From the NCBI GenBank assembly GCA_049999805.1, contig JBNGIO010006282.1:126921-190920 (forward strand): a stretch of DNA of 64,000 nt, given 5' to 3'. Below the pieces are notes generated by a model that saw nothing but the letters and a program-made list of their open reading frames with translations, was not told the DNA's origin and searched no databases. The position numbers and the translations under genes are program-made. Numbering within the stretch: position 1 is the first letter of the stretch; each line of letters begins with the position of its first letter. The stretch comes from Folioceros fuciformis. Lineage: Eukaryota. Shown here one piece after another: positions 48,453-62,200 of the stretch.

Positions 48453-49628
48453 ATGGGGGTGCCTCTTGTGTCAGATCTCAGGCTGGAGAGTGAGAGCTTG
48501 CCTTGCCCCGGGTTTGAGGGGTCTGAGAAGAGGTTGGAATTGGAATTCCAGTCCGATTCCTCTCATCTGGGTGGCCTAGGGCTGCGAGCGCTGTTCCGTG
48601 CTGAGATTGACGACATTTTGAAGCAGGCCGAGTGCACGATTGTGTCCCAACTCAGCAACGACTGCCTGGATTCCTATGTGCTGTCGGAATCCAGCCTCTT
48701 CATCTATCCTTTTCGAATTGTGATGAAGACTTGCGGCACCACGCAGCTTCTCCTCGCCATCCCGTCCTTGCTGGAGGCTGCCAAGAGGCTTCACCTCACT
48801 GTGCACCGGTGTAAGTACACGCGTGGCACATTTATTTTTCCTTCTGCTCAGGCCTTTCCACATGATCACTTTGAGAATGAAGTGGCCTACTTGGAGAAGC
48901 ATTTCGGGCGTCTTGGATCGGGCAAAAAATCGGCGGTGATGGGAGATGCGTCCCATTCTCGCAACTGGCACATCTACAACGTCGCTGCGGGTAATCAGGA
49001 CGCCACACCAATGTACACGATGGAGATGTGCATGACTGAACTTAACAGGGAGGCTGCGGCTCAGTTCTACAAGACGACACATGCATCTGCTGCCCGGATG
49101 ACTGAGGCGACTGGGATCTCGGAAATCTTGCCCGCCTCTGCGATCTCTGCCTTTGCCTTCGACCCCTGCGGCTACTCAATGAACGGCATTGAACGTGCGG
49201 CACATTCCACCATTCATGTGACGCCGGAAAATGGATTCAGCTATGCCAGCTTTGAGGCGATGGGATACGAACCTGGAAACATCGACTTGCGAGCGGTAGT
49301 AGATAAAGTGATCCGCATCTTCAAACCAGCAGTTTTTTCCTTGGCTTTGGACGTGACTGGGAGTGCGGGTGTGGACCATGTTCGCTCGTTTTCCGTCTGC
49401 CCTCGCGGTTACGTTGTTGATGGAACCAGCCAGGAAGAATTCCAAAACCGCGTCGTCATCTTCCATACGTACAGAGCGGAGATGGCTTGCGAAGAGACCG
49501 AGTGCTTGAAACCGCCCAACGGTGTGAAGACGGACAATCAAGTCAGTGACCGTATTCATCTCCTGCCCTGTGCGTCATCTGGGTTGATGCACTGGAGTAA
49601 GTCTGGTATGATGTTGCCCTCGTACTGA
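48453..49628 (+). CDS. SAMDC: S-adenosylmethionine decarboxylase proenzyme, intronless CDS
   Basis: GFEGSEKRLE, self-cleavage site YVLSE/SSLF, KTCGTT, FDPCGYSMN and STIHVTPENGFSYASFE. The first in-frame ATG is at 48453. Confidence 0.97.
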   Translation: MGVPLVSDLRLESESLPCPGFEGSEKRLELEFQSDSSHLGGLGLRALFRAEIDDILKQAECTIVSQLSNDCLDSYVLSESSLFIYPFRIVMKTCGTTQLLLAIPSLLEAAKRLHLTVHRCKYTRGTFIFPSAQAFPHDHFENEVAYLEKHFGRLGSGKKSAVMGDASHSRNWHIYNVAAGNQDATPMYTMEMCMTELNREAAAQFYKTTHASAARMTEATGISEILPASAISAFAFDPCGYSMNGIERAAHSTIHVTPENGFSYASFEAMGYEPGNIDLRAVVDKVIRIFKPAVFSLALDVTGSAGVDHVRSFSVCPRGYVVDGTSQEEFQNRVVIFHTYRAEMACEETECLKPPNGVKTDNQVSDRIHLLPCASSGLMHWSKSGMMLPSY

Positions 49629-50261
49629 GGTGGCATAAAAAGTTTTGTTTGACAGTAGTAAAGTTGCATTTTGCAAGCGAGTAGGTTATGGAATTATCGC
49701 TCTGTAACTTATTATTATAATGGTCATCTCTGAACTCGTAGCACATTGGCAGGAACTGTCAGCTGCTAAAACCAATTCATCGGCCTTTACGGTTTTTGAT
49801 TTGTATGATGTATAAAATCTTATCCCAAGGGCTGTTTCTTCAAACTCCAGAGCTGAGCGCGCAATATCTTGAATTCGTCTCCAAGTTTATGATCGACACG
49901 ACTCCTCGCAGAATATTTCGTTTCACTCGTCATACAGATTGCGGGTAGGATATCGAATAATCCAAAACAGTACCTGATACCAAGCTTGTCGCTAGTGGGA
50001 CTACTCTGAATTTGAGTTACACGACAACAATGTGTACTTCGTCATCAAAGTACCTCCTTTTATGTTGTTCAGTACAAAAAGCATGCAAACTTAAGTAGAA
50101 ACTGTACCAACTATGTGACTTCACCTTCACCTGGAAGGCCGGCCGGCCGGCCGGCCAGCCACCCAGGGATGGATGATGAACGGGACACAACAGTAGTACA
50201 AAGAAAGGTCCGAAATGCTCCTCGTTCACGATGAAAGGAATATGCACAAAGAGTTGCAAAG

Positions 50262-53200
50262 CTAAACTTCTGAAATTCTAGCAACCACCCTCTTGGGCTT
50301 GGGAGTAGACTCCTTCTCTGGCTCGCGTAAGGCAATGAATGTCAAGGCGTCACTTATGACTGGATACAGGTGACACCTCCACGGATGCTGTGCTCGCCAA
50401 ATCAGCCTGTCTTCAAATGCAGTGTCTTGAGCTATATCTGTCCGTGCACACCAAACCACATCTTCATCTGGTTCCAGGTAGGTGTTCACAGCCACACAAC
50501 CCAAGGCCACATAGCCTTCTGGAGCTCTTGGCATCCATATACTTATAGGCTCAACAAACCCATCACGCCAGCTCCTCCAAACCTGGACACATGTAAGAGC
50601 CCAAACGTAAATGACCATTTCAACCTCAATAAAGGACAGTATAATCATGCAAACATCGAGTATCGCAGGTCTGGGCTTGCAAGATCAAATGCCAGCCTTA
50701 CCAAATCGAAGCCAACAGGTTTAGCAAATTGCTTCGCATCATTCCTATATGACATTGTGACTGTTGGACGATGCCTTCCAACATACGCCACATCTCCAAC
50801 AGAGACATACCTGGAACACAAAAACTTTCGTGAGAGTTGGGATACGGTGTGCCGCCCACCAAACAAACTCTTATGGAGTAAACGTCTGTCTACATTCATG
50901 CACACACTCTCTAGTCTCTTTATAACTCAAGGTGACGTACCCTTCAGGTGGCATAGGACGCCATATTGTGCACATCTCGCGATCCGCGTTTGTCTGAAAC
51001 AGATGGCATTAACAGGAGGCTTGTCAATGGTTAGGAAATTTTCGGAGCTCACAAGACGAAAATATGGTAACTGTAAGGGGCCTTACTCGTCTTGAACATA
51101 AGGAACATGCAACACCTTCATCCTTGTCACTGGTCCAAATGTGCTCAAACAACACCACCTCCCTCGTAAATCCTCCATGGGTAGATATTGCCATGGTCCC
51201 ATTTTCAGGCCCAGATGCTTCCCCTTCCTGGTTCACAACTACTTGTGAGCTGGAGCTTGTCCCTGCATTTCCACTGGTTTCCACAGCTAGACTTCTTGTT
51301 CTGCTATGTGCAATGAATTGCTTGATACGGTGCTTTCTTCCCAGCTGCAGCGAAAAATGCAAGATAACATGCAGAATACAACATCAGAACAGAGGGCTTC
51401 TTCCCAGTTTCTTGACAGCAGGCAAAATCAAAATACGTGAAAACTCAGAGGCTTCTTATTCTATGCAAAAAATAAAACACCTACCTGTAAAGCCAGCTTT
51501 TTTCGATCAGGGCCATAGACCCGCCATGCATTCTCAAACGCAACGTACACCTGAGATGCTTGTGGCAGACCTGAGCCGGGATCAGCTTCAAAACACGTTA
51601 TGAGCTGTGCATATCTCTTGGGATCGTAGCGGCGATGAAGAATGACATGTGCTGGAAGCTGTTCTGTCCTTGGAAGTTCAACTGCCAATAGATCCCTCCA
51701 GGGTACATCCCATAGGATCTTACAAGGATCTAACAAGACCTTCTCCAGCCTACCAGCATGTGATTGCGGACGCTACAGTACACAGGGTCTTTGTCAGCAT
51801 AAGCATCTCCATCAGCTATACAAAGCTCAGGGAGCAACAAATACATCAAGAGATTTACAAATCGTACCAGTAGCATGAGGACACGGCGGTTTGTAATCAT
51901 CACAATCTTGCCCTTGGGCAGATCGAAATGCTCATGATAGACATCACTCCAAGCAAATTTTGCCTGCTCCTTGAAGACCCTCTCACGGAAGTAACCAGAC
52001 TCGGCAAGGTGTAGGATTGCCTGCATTCAATGGAAACTCATCATGATTTTGTACGGACCAGAAACTCTAACAACACAAAACAGGAGTTTCATACTTGGCC
52101 CAAAGCAGCTTTCTCATCGTATGGAGTGAGCACACCATCCCCTCGAATAGCTCTTGGTATACGAACTCTCTGAACTTGAGGGTCATGATCCAATATCTCA
52201 AAGCATCGACTACAAGTAGCTTCAACTCCATTTACAGTCAAAGCAACAAAGTCTAGCACTCCACTAAAAGGTTGCATCACAAAACCAACAACCGCTCTGC
52301 CAATACCCTGAAAGAACCCAGCCACCCCATTTTCCCTTGCACTTGCTATGGGCTTTGTCATAATGCCAGTAACCCCATACACAAAACCTCGTGCCAGAGC
52401 TTCAGTTCCCTGTAACAAACCATCACCCACACCCGCAATATTCTTCGCCCTCTCCTGGAACGACAACAAATGAATATTGTTGGAAAATGCAACCACACAT
52501 GTAGGAAGGGATTGCGTAAAGGTGATCAAATTATTACCTGCTGTGCTCGCAATTTCAAAAAGCTTCCATCGTTGGACAGGACAGCTGCACCTTTGCTGAT
52601 TGTCCAAAGTGTTGAACTCGTCATTCCCAGCACATCAACTCCAGAGAGCAGTTGTAGTGGTTGATGGATCAAGTCCCTTCGAATGCGATTGGTGATTGCA
52701 GAACCTACTTGACTTTTCCTAACAATTTTGTACTCTCGGAAGACAGCGTTGATTCGGATCTGAAACACATTCCAAGCATAGTTAACAAGACTCTCGCCCA
52801 GTCCTTAGCTTAAGGTTCATCTATCCACTTTCTCCACTCCAAGCTATTGCGAGCAAACAAATGGAAACAAGAAAAAGACCCGTACTGGCATCTTGTTCAT
52901 GTTCCCCAGCGTGGTGACAAATGGACTATAAATCCCCAAAGCTCCGCGTGGGCGTTGGCCGGGGGCTGTTTCCACGGAAAGTTTCAAACGAACATCTGAC
53001 AGATCGATCATCCTGTAAAATGTCAACAAATCGTAAAGCTTCGGAAACTCCATGTAAAACAAATTTCTTTCATCATCATGTTTCCAATTGCAGACCATAA
53101 GATAATGTCCCCGCGAGGTACTCACTCAAATTTTATTTCTGGATCGACTTGCACAACATCCGAACTCCCACTGAGACGATCTAGATGAAGATTGTTGTAC

Positions 53201-56200
53201 ATGCCCATAAGAGCCCAGATGATAGGCTCATGGACATTAATCCGCCAAGGGCTTTCAGTGACCTACAAAATGGAGACAAATCATCACACAGGAGTTAACA
53301 ATTGAACAGTAGTGTCACTTCATACCCAGGTTCTTCTGCTTTCCCTGAAAGAAATCCATCTTACGATAAATTTCTTGAGATACAGTGACCTAGACGATTT
53401 CAATGCTAGTTCCAATCTCACCCGCAACCCGACATATGGGTACACTTCAGTACTCTCGCTGTTGTCGTTGCACTTATAGATAGTCAGCTTCAGCACATAT
53501 TCAGACGAATGATCACGACGCTCGGGGTACAGCAGCACTGGCATGGGGGAGAGTGGTAATTGGTTATCCAGTTGCAAGTAGCCCAAGAGGACTTTTAACC
53601 TGCAATGTCGAACATAAAAGACAACCAATTAAAACAGTGTTTGTCAAATCCAGGGATCCAGATGAGGGGCAAATAGTTCATACCTGCTAGTACCATCATT
53701 ATACCCTGTTGAGTGCGATAGGACTAAATTCTCCAAAAACAAGAACATAATCTCCAAAGGATTCTGGTCTACCACGGACAACCCCAATTTGCCTATATCT
53801 AGCACAATTTCGAGCTGTGTAGATGCAGCAGAGTTGGCAGTTCCGTTTTGTCCCAATTGGTCTGACCCACCTCTTACGAGAGATGCTTCAAGTTCGTCCA
53901 GCACACTAGCATCTCGAACCTCACTCTCATAAAATCGAACAACTTTAAGATCACCGTTTTCCACAACTAGTACACAGATTTTCATCGAAATGCCTGTGTC
54001 CGTGTACAGAACAGGTTGATGCCCTGTCTTATTGATATCATACCTCTGTACATGGGATATGTCCACTCCCTCAACAGAAATCTCCAAGATCTGCTCACCC
54101 TGTGGGTTTTCCCAAGCGAATGACATTGTAGACTGTGGCTGCAACTTCTGCCAGCCATCGTCAGTCAATTCCACTTCTTGATCAATTCCTGCTTGTCGAT
54201 ATATGATAGACTTGGACTTTGTTCGGTTCTCAATCCTGTAGGAAAGCAAGCATCTCAAAATGCTTGTCTGCTGAATAAACATTAAGAGCAAAACCAGAAA
54301 CAATACCAACCTGTAAGGCCCTCTTGTAGATCCCAGTCGAAACACAACTGAATAACGGGATCCATCCTCTTGGGCACGTATATCAACGCGAACAGTTTTC
54401 CTTACGCCATTCGGACCCCGCATGGGCACATGCAATGTTTCCTCCTGGCGCAGAACAAGTGCATGAGACCACTCAAAACCGTCCACACGGATCTGCGAGC
54501 AGCAACATGCCTCACATTGTCAGTACTCACATGTATGCCAGCACACATGCTTCAACTTCTATTGTCAGTATCCTGGTCTACACATCACCTGCAGTTTTTC
54601 TTGTTCATCACTGTCTGGGACTGGAAAAGCCACTTTCCAGTCACTTTCTTTTAGCGTGCTGAACTCAGCCGCATTGCCTATCTTCAGATAAAGAGCTTGC
54701 CCCATCATGTTGCTGAATGTTACATATGGGCGGATCCGGATGACCTGTAATGCATCCACGCTCACAGGTTAAAAGATGTTCACTCACTGTAGAGAAGAGT
54801 TCTAACTCGAAGGCTCAATACCCAGCTCGTTTTAAAGGAACACACCTTGGTCGCAGCAAAGTTTAAGGGGCATGACGACGATGAAACCAACAATCGAAAC
54901 TGTGAGCCATTTGTATCAATAGCTCTGACCTCAGCATAACCATCCTGGAAAACATTTGAGACAAAAGGCAACAATTCCCCATCAGCTAACAGACCGTGGA
55001 TAGAATGTATGAACAGAACTGTTGAGCTGCAATTGGAACACCTACCACATCGTCAAGGGCTTCAAGCGGCCACACCGGTCCAAAATCGCCAGAACTTCCT
55101 AGTGCAACTGATAACCCTGTGACCTTGGGGTCAAAAGATGAAAGCATGATAGGATAGTTTGGCAACTCTTCCACATCAATCTCATCCAACACATGACCCT
55201 CCTTAACACCAGATACACACTGTAAAGCTTCCGGCGTATGTTTTGCCCGGGCAGATTCCTTTTTGCCCTGGTTAGTGACCTTCGCTATCTGCACAAATCT
55301 ATACCGTAAGGGTGGACAGTTATCTCTGTCCAACCAGCACGGGACAAAGAGTCGTAACACCCTTGCCGCAATTCCCTCGTCATGATCATATTCTATCCGC
55401 ACCTTGACTTTCCTGAGACATGGCACAAAAAGTGAGGGGGATACTTCTCACATCCTACAAGGTAACACTGCAACTTCAACACTCAAAATCCGCCATACCT
55501 TCCAGTAATCAAGTTTTTCAACGTAATATGATTCTCCAACTTTCGATATGAATGGGATATCAGAGCCACCTCCTTTTGGAAACACCACAAGCAACAATGC
55601 AGATCAGTTACAAACAAGTTGTGTCATGACTTGTTTTGCAGTCCTTGCAGTTAAACAACCCAGGCATGTGTTATTCCCAGTGGCCACGCCTCAAACCAGC
55701 TAACATGGTTCACGAATTCACACTTTCTTACTCTTTTGGGATGCCAACCGCCTTGTGGAAGCCATGTCAAATAGAGAGCTCTGCGGAGGTCTGCATGATA
55801 TATCTGAGCTCTTTGGCCTGGACAGATAACCCCACGATCTCGAACAAGAGGACCCCTGACATGGAATTTCTCTGCTACAGCAAATTCCGAGGGAACAGGA
55901 AGAAAGTTCACCAGCACTAAAGGGGCAGTTACTACAATCTTCCAATCCTTGATAGGCTCCAGGTGAGCATCCCTCCCAATATTCACAGAGGTCAACTCAA
56001 CACAAAGCCAAGCACCTTTACCATGTGCTGAGCTGGTGCCTGCTTCAATCGGGCAACTCAATAGCTCTTCAGTATCTACGAGAGTGTGTATACGAATTTC
56101 ATCGACAGCTGACTTGTGCTTTTCCCCTCCTGCACGCCAGCTGTGATGCATTACTCGGCTCCAGCCATATACACAATGCATGCTACCCTCTTCCACATGT

Positions 56201-59200
56201 GGTCGAACTTGTAAGCAGTAATCTTGACTTGTTGGGCGCAAAGTGCTCAGGGGTAGCGGAATGCTTTGTCCTGGTTCAACAATCCCAAGAATCAGACGGC
56301 TTGCTTGTTCTGCCCCTGATGAGATATACTGCCTAGATCGAACCCAGCGGCGACGACGCACAAAACTTAAAGCTCCTTCCGAGAAGTGGAACGGAGGCCA
56401 TGGAAAGTTCTTGAAGTCAAACGCATAGCCCCACCCTTCTTCATCGACAGGATCAACTTTGTCAACATACCAGTCGCTCGTCCATTCCCAGTTGGAGGGC
56501 AAGTCTACATGGGGAAATTGCTGCATCCAAAAACCACCAATGTAAAAGGATAACGTCACATAAGCTATATCCACAACTGCATTAATCAGCTGTGAATTCA
56601 CGACAAACATATCCACAAGGTTTTATGCAGTTCTCACCTGTGATGCGTTTGAGAAATCTTTCTTAGACCAGTGTCCAGGATCTGTTGGAAGAAGATGTCC
56701 TGGCCACGTGCTTCCCCACCCTGAGATAGGCTGGTACCTTTCGTTCTCAAATACTTCTTCCACCACCAAGCCCTCGTCAGCTTTTTTACGATCAAGGGAC
56801 TCATCATATTCTAATGAAAACGTTGACTTTCCTGACATTGGCTTTGGGGATAGAGACACTTCAATAGGAAATTCTGCACTGTTCTGGACTACAACCAGAG
56901 ATCTGATAAACAAATGCTTACTGTTGCCTTCCAGAACAATTTCAGAGGCCACAATATCATCACCGATGGACAGTGGTGCGGCTCCAAAAGCATAGTTTAG
57001 ACCCACGTTTGTCCATGGTCCTTTTTCTGAAGGACCGACTTGCAATGTTCCTGGCTTTGGACCGCCTTGTCGTGTCACAGTCTGCCTCTTCTCACCATCA
57101 CTCCCCAGAAAATAATACTCGGATACACATAGTTGGCCGCAAGCTGCTTCCTCATCCTGATGGTCTACAGGGTTCTGTACGGCAAGAAAACAGGAATAGC
57201 TGAGTAAATCGACCACAATGAAGTAAATGACTGCAGTAGGACAAGAGCTGTTCCAGCACCTCCGAATCCTGAGGCGTGTGAAGTGGATGCCATGTCATCT
57301 GAGTGCTTGACCAATTAATCTGTTCATTCTCCTGGAATTTATGGACCATACGTTGGTTTCTGTTCAGCTCATCTGCAAGAGGAATTGAGCAAAATCCGAC
57401 GGCCGCCCCTGAAAATGGAGAAGCGAAAAAAATTCAATTGCAAGATATGAACATATAAAACTATCCGACAAAGTCTACATCTTGAAGAACAAGGCCCAAA
57501 ATCACCCATCCTCAATATCAACCGCAAGTTGTAATGTCCATACCTTTTGCAAGATCAACCACAAGTATTTCCGCTGCACACAATTCCTATATAGAAATGA
57601 CACATTCAAATCAGACCAACGATATATTTGACAAAGCAAAAACGTTTGCTTGATCTTTATAGTGCCACATGTCTCTCACCCCTGGTTCAATCTCAAACAC
57701 AAATACTTCATCCCAAGTGACAGACACTTTTTGAGAGGAATTCTTCAAATCACTGCTGTCTGGGCTCTTGGATTGAGTTCTCGCACTCTGATGCTGTAGC
57801 TGCCTCTGATCGGCAGTTTGTACTTGTGGAACAATGCGGACAGCAGCCATATATTCTCTGCCCCCAAAACCATCTTCTGGAGGCAACTATTCCACACAGA
57901 CACAGCAAGATCAACAAATGAAAACTAGTCAAATCTAGCTAATAACTAAGTCGGATACACTATTCAGACGACCACATGCCAACCTCTGCTTCACCAATTC
58001 TGAGCGCCACGAAGAGAACCGGCGGCTTCCTTCGTCTTCCCTTCAGGCTCCGGTCTTCGATATTCCGTGGTGCAAGCTTCACAGACTGCTTTTCTCCGGG
58101 TGCAATCAAAAGTAGTTTTGCTTGACCAGCATCATCCACGACAGAGATAACAACATCTTCGCCCAGATCATTGTGACTTACAATGCAAAGGCTGTGTCTA
58201 CTTTCAACTTCTAAAGCTGGTCTTGCGTCCCTGTTGGAAGCAATTTGATCCTATGTCACGAGGAAATGCGACCTCAGTACATACAAAATGCATCACGACT
58301 GCAGCATGTAACACTTGCAAAATAGAAGAATAATAAACAAAAGACAAGGGCCCACCAGGAAACTTTGTTTCTTTGAACTCTCCTCAATGTTACTCAACTT
58401 TTTCCAGCTAGCAGCTGCTTCCAGCAACAAATTGACATTGGCTGTTGACAAGTTAACATTCAGCATGCTGGTAGCTGCAAGTCGAATGCGAGTTTCTGTT
58501 GGCCGGGTTGTATCAGCTGGATCTTTGTTATACTCATACCTGCCCCAGCAACTCAGATTGGTTAGATGGTATGACATGGATTTTTAATCACCACCTGCCG
58601 TGTACATAACTGGGTGTCAATAACTGGGTGGACCCTGTGCAGGTGACACGAACACATACCTCACAAAGCCATCACACTGTTCTATGAGAGGTTCCCATGC
58701 ATCATATTTTCCATTGTATGTTGCTCCACTCAGGGAGAAATTAGAAGCTGAGCTGAATGCTTCGGCTCTCCCATGTAATGCAAGTGTAATTCCGCTCAAG
58801 GAAAAATCAAGCAATCTAGCCATCTGAAAAAACAAAATATTCACCTTGAGCGAAATACTCACCCAATCTTCGAGGGTGGCCACAAATTCATGCTTACACT
58901 TTTCCCAACATTGCTTACCAAACCACCAAAGTCGTCAAAGAACGAGGCTGATACAAGCTTTGCCTCCGCATCCACAATTAGATTGTCAGGTGCATCGGGT
59001 TGTCGAAGCTCAACAAGACCGACAGCTAAGCGTTTTGGAGGATGCTTAGGACCACGCTGGACAAGAAATGTATATCCCTGCACGTGCACAGAAGGTTTGA
59101 ATCAAACTACACTTCTAGAGGTTCAGACATGTGACGGCGACACTTAAATAATCAGCGACAACACTAGTACACAGGTGCATGAACTTCACCTCACTCTGCA

Positions 59201-62200
59201 AAGGCCAGATGCTGAAGTCAGGTTTCACATGTCTCAAGTCTCTGGTATCCCACAGGCTTGATGCAGGCAAAGATACTCCAATAACTAGATCTGTCCGAAC
59301 ACATGCCACAGATTCCGTATCCTCCACCTGTGGTGTGGAGGTCTTGGTTGCAACGCACCCAAGAGACACATACCCAGGTGGAGCAACAGGATACCAAAAT
59401 GACACTGCTTCTATTCCCCTCTTTTTTGGAATTTGCCCTTGAAGACGAAAGCGTACAGGTTTTCTTAGCAATTCATCATCGGGATTGTCACGGAGAACCA
59501 GGCCCACGCTTGGAGGTTCATATCTGCCGCAACTCAAAGCATTCACAAACGTGCCATGAGTTAGAGATGTGGCATTCACGAGAGGAAAATTCAAACACTG
59601 CAAAAGTTTAAGTACACATGGATGTCCACAGCCACTTACCCTTCAATAGCCATATCACCACATGTAGCACAACCGATTGGAGCAATCGGCCTCCATACAG
59701 ACACACTTTTTGCTGACCCACTCCCCTTATTCCACCAAATGAGCTTAAATCGAGCTACATGCTCGAAAATCCGGCCAGACGGTGATGCCGAAAGGGCTTG
59801 CTCAGCTTCCCCACCTCGTGATGATGATAACTGATTTGAGACCTGGGATGGATTACCCTGACCTGGGGAACAACCCTGATCAAACATTACCTGTCGAAGT
59901 TCATAGGGCTTAACCTTAGCTGTGCCTAAACCATGCTGCGTGAAAAACGACCCTACAGAATTATCCACCCTCCAAAATGCCTGGTTCATCGAATCCTGGT
60001 CACTGCATGGACAGAACGCACAGTCGTCTGAAACTATGCGAACATGAAACACATATACCTTCATAAACGGTTTCAAACCTGAGATGCAACACACTATTGA
60101 ACTCACCGGTGCTCAGCTCGTACAAATATACAGTCCCTCATTGAGCAAGGGCTCAACAAAATCTCTAAGACACATTGCACAACATTAAGGGGTGGCGGGT
60201 CATGTCCCCTGGCGGCTACACATCCTAAAGGTAAAAAACCTGGTGGAGGGATTGGTAGCCAGACACAACACTCATCCTGCTCATGCTCTTCCCCTGCTGA
60301 CTCTGTGAAAGCACCAAAAAAAGATTTTGACGACCAAACCAGCTGGAAATCTACCGGCTTCTTCACACGGGCAAGCCCCATATTGAGGGCCACAACACCC
60401 TTCGCTGGTGGCTCATGTCTGTCCAAAGAAACGCACCTTAGAAGTTTTCAGAGACAATACAGCCCCAAAAATTTCTGATTCTGTACTTACAGTGGTGTGA
60501 AACAATCCCCCAAGACGGCAAAACCCGGTGGTGCTCGAGGACGCCAGAATGCAATCTGATCAAACCCCTTCTCCACTCCTGATGGACAAGCAGATGAGGA
60601 CCGCGTACAGACTATAGAATGTAGACAAGCCGGTTTAACATCAGACAAGGAGAGAGCGTCACCTTCATTTGCCCAGACTTTGTCAAACTCGGAGCACTCC
60701 ACAGTTATCTGCTCGGAGGTGATTCGGAGGAATGACATAACATCCTCTTGAAGCCTTAAGATCAACTGAATAATGCTAAACGAGAAGTTGGTATATATCT
60801 CTGACATGCCTACATGAATGTTCTGCTTCCCTGAAACATTTGAATACTTCAACATGGTATCAAATGGCTCAAGAACATTCAGGCCACTGCTGGATTCTAT
60901 AGAAAGGCTGCTTATCTTGGCATTCAACTCCATATCTTCACCCTTCATTATAAGTCTGAGACAGAAACCACAAGTAAACCACCTGGTGAAAATATATACA
61001 ATATGATCCTGAGGTAGCACTATTGGGAAAAATACGCTTGTGAATCCTAGACGAACTGTATTCTCCACGAAGATAGAGCTCAACTGTGAAAAACATGACA
61101 GCTACCTTTTGCTCAGGACAAGTGACGCACCTCGAAAACATGTTCATCCTAGCACGGAGGAGATTTTCAGGCAATTCAGGAAGACGTTTTGTGCCGTTGT
61201 AAAACGTAAGCTCTGGTCCAATTGCCTAAAACAGTGCTAAACATTCAGACTTTGTTTCTTTGTCCACTGCCATGGAGTTGGAATACTTGATTTACGTGTC
61301 ATATTTTCAATATTGAAAAGTTCATCACCTCAGTACCTACACAAACCAAAAGTAGCTCCGACTCAACTTCAAGACCTGACCCAGACATTGTACTTACCTG
61401 CAAATCGAACACGATTTCATCAGGAGACGATGCTGCCTCTGATAACTCCTGGGGATGATCCGTGTTGTTTTCATCATCAGAACGGATTGAGCTGCCATCC
61501 GCAGACATTTCAGGCTTTTCCTCTAAAAATACGCCATCATGTTCAGAGGCTGAATAGCTACTATTGCTCCCGAGGCACACACAGGAATCAAGATATACAC
61601 CATTCTGTCAACCCACAAGAATTACAGTTACCACTGCAAACGTAAGCCCTCAAATGCGTGCAACACTGAAAAATCAAAATGAAATAATATGAACTTGTAG
61701 AGAATCTTACCTGGATGATTACATTTTTGAATCGAAGTCTCTTACGATCACCAACAAAGATTAGAGTCTCTTGAGTACCTTGATCCATGTTTGATTCAGT
61801 TCTGTTCAATAGGCGAATGACCTGACCTCTACCATCATATACGTACTCATCAACGCTGTCATAATCAGCTACAAGAGGCTTTTTGGGAGAGAGCACAACT
61901 TCCTTAGAATTCTGTAAGTGCACAGATTGAGTCAAAAAGATCCCACCTTTCATATCCAAAGGATTCTCATCTGAACCTTTACCATCCGAACGCACAGCAT
62001 GGATAGAAGGTATGAAGAACTCTGCTACAGCAAGCAAAAAGTCTAATGCCACCAACAGGCGAGGACGTTGAAACCTCAGAGATATCATTTTCAGATGGTT
62101 ATTCAGTTGAGCATCCAAAACAAGCATTGTAAGTGATGGTCCACCATCAGTGTTGCAATGGCCGTCAGCTGCCTGTATGCCCCTATGCTCTTCACGACCC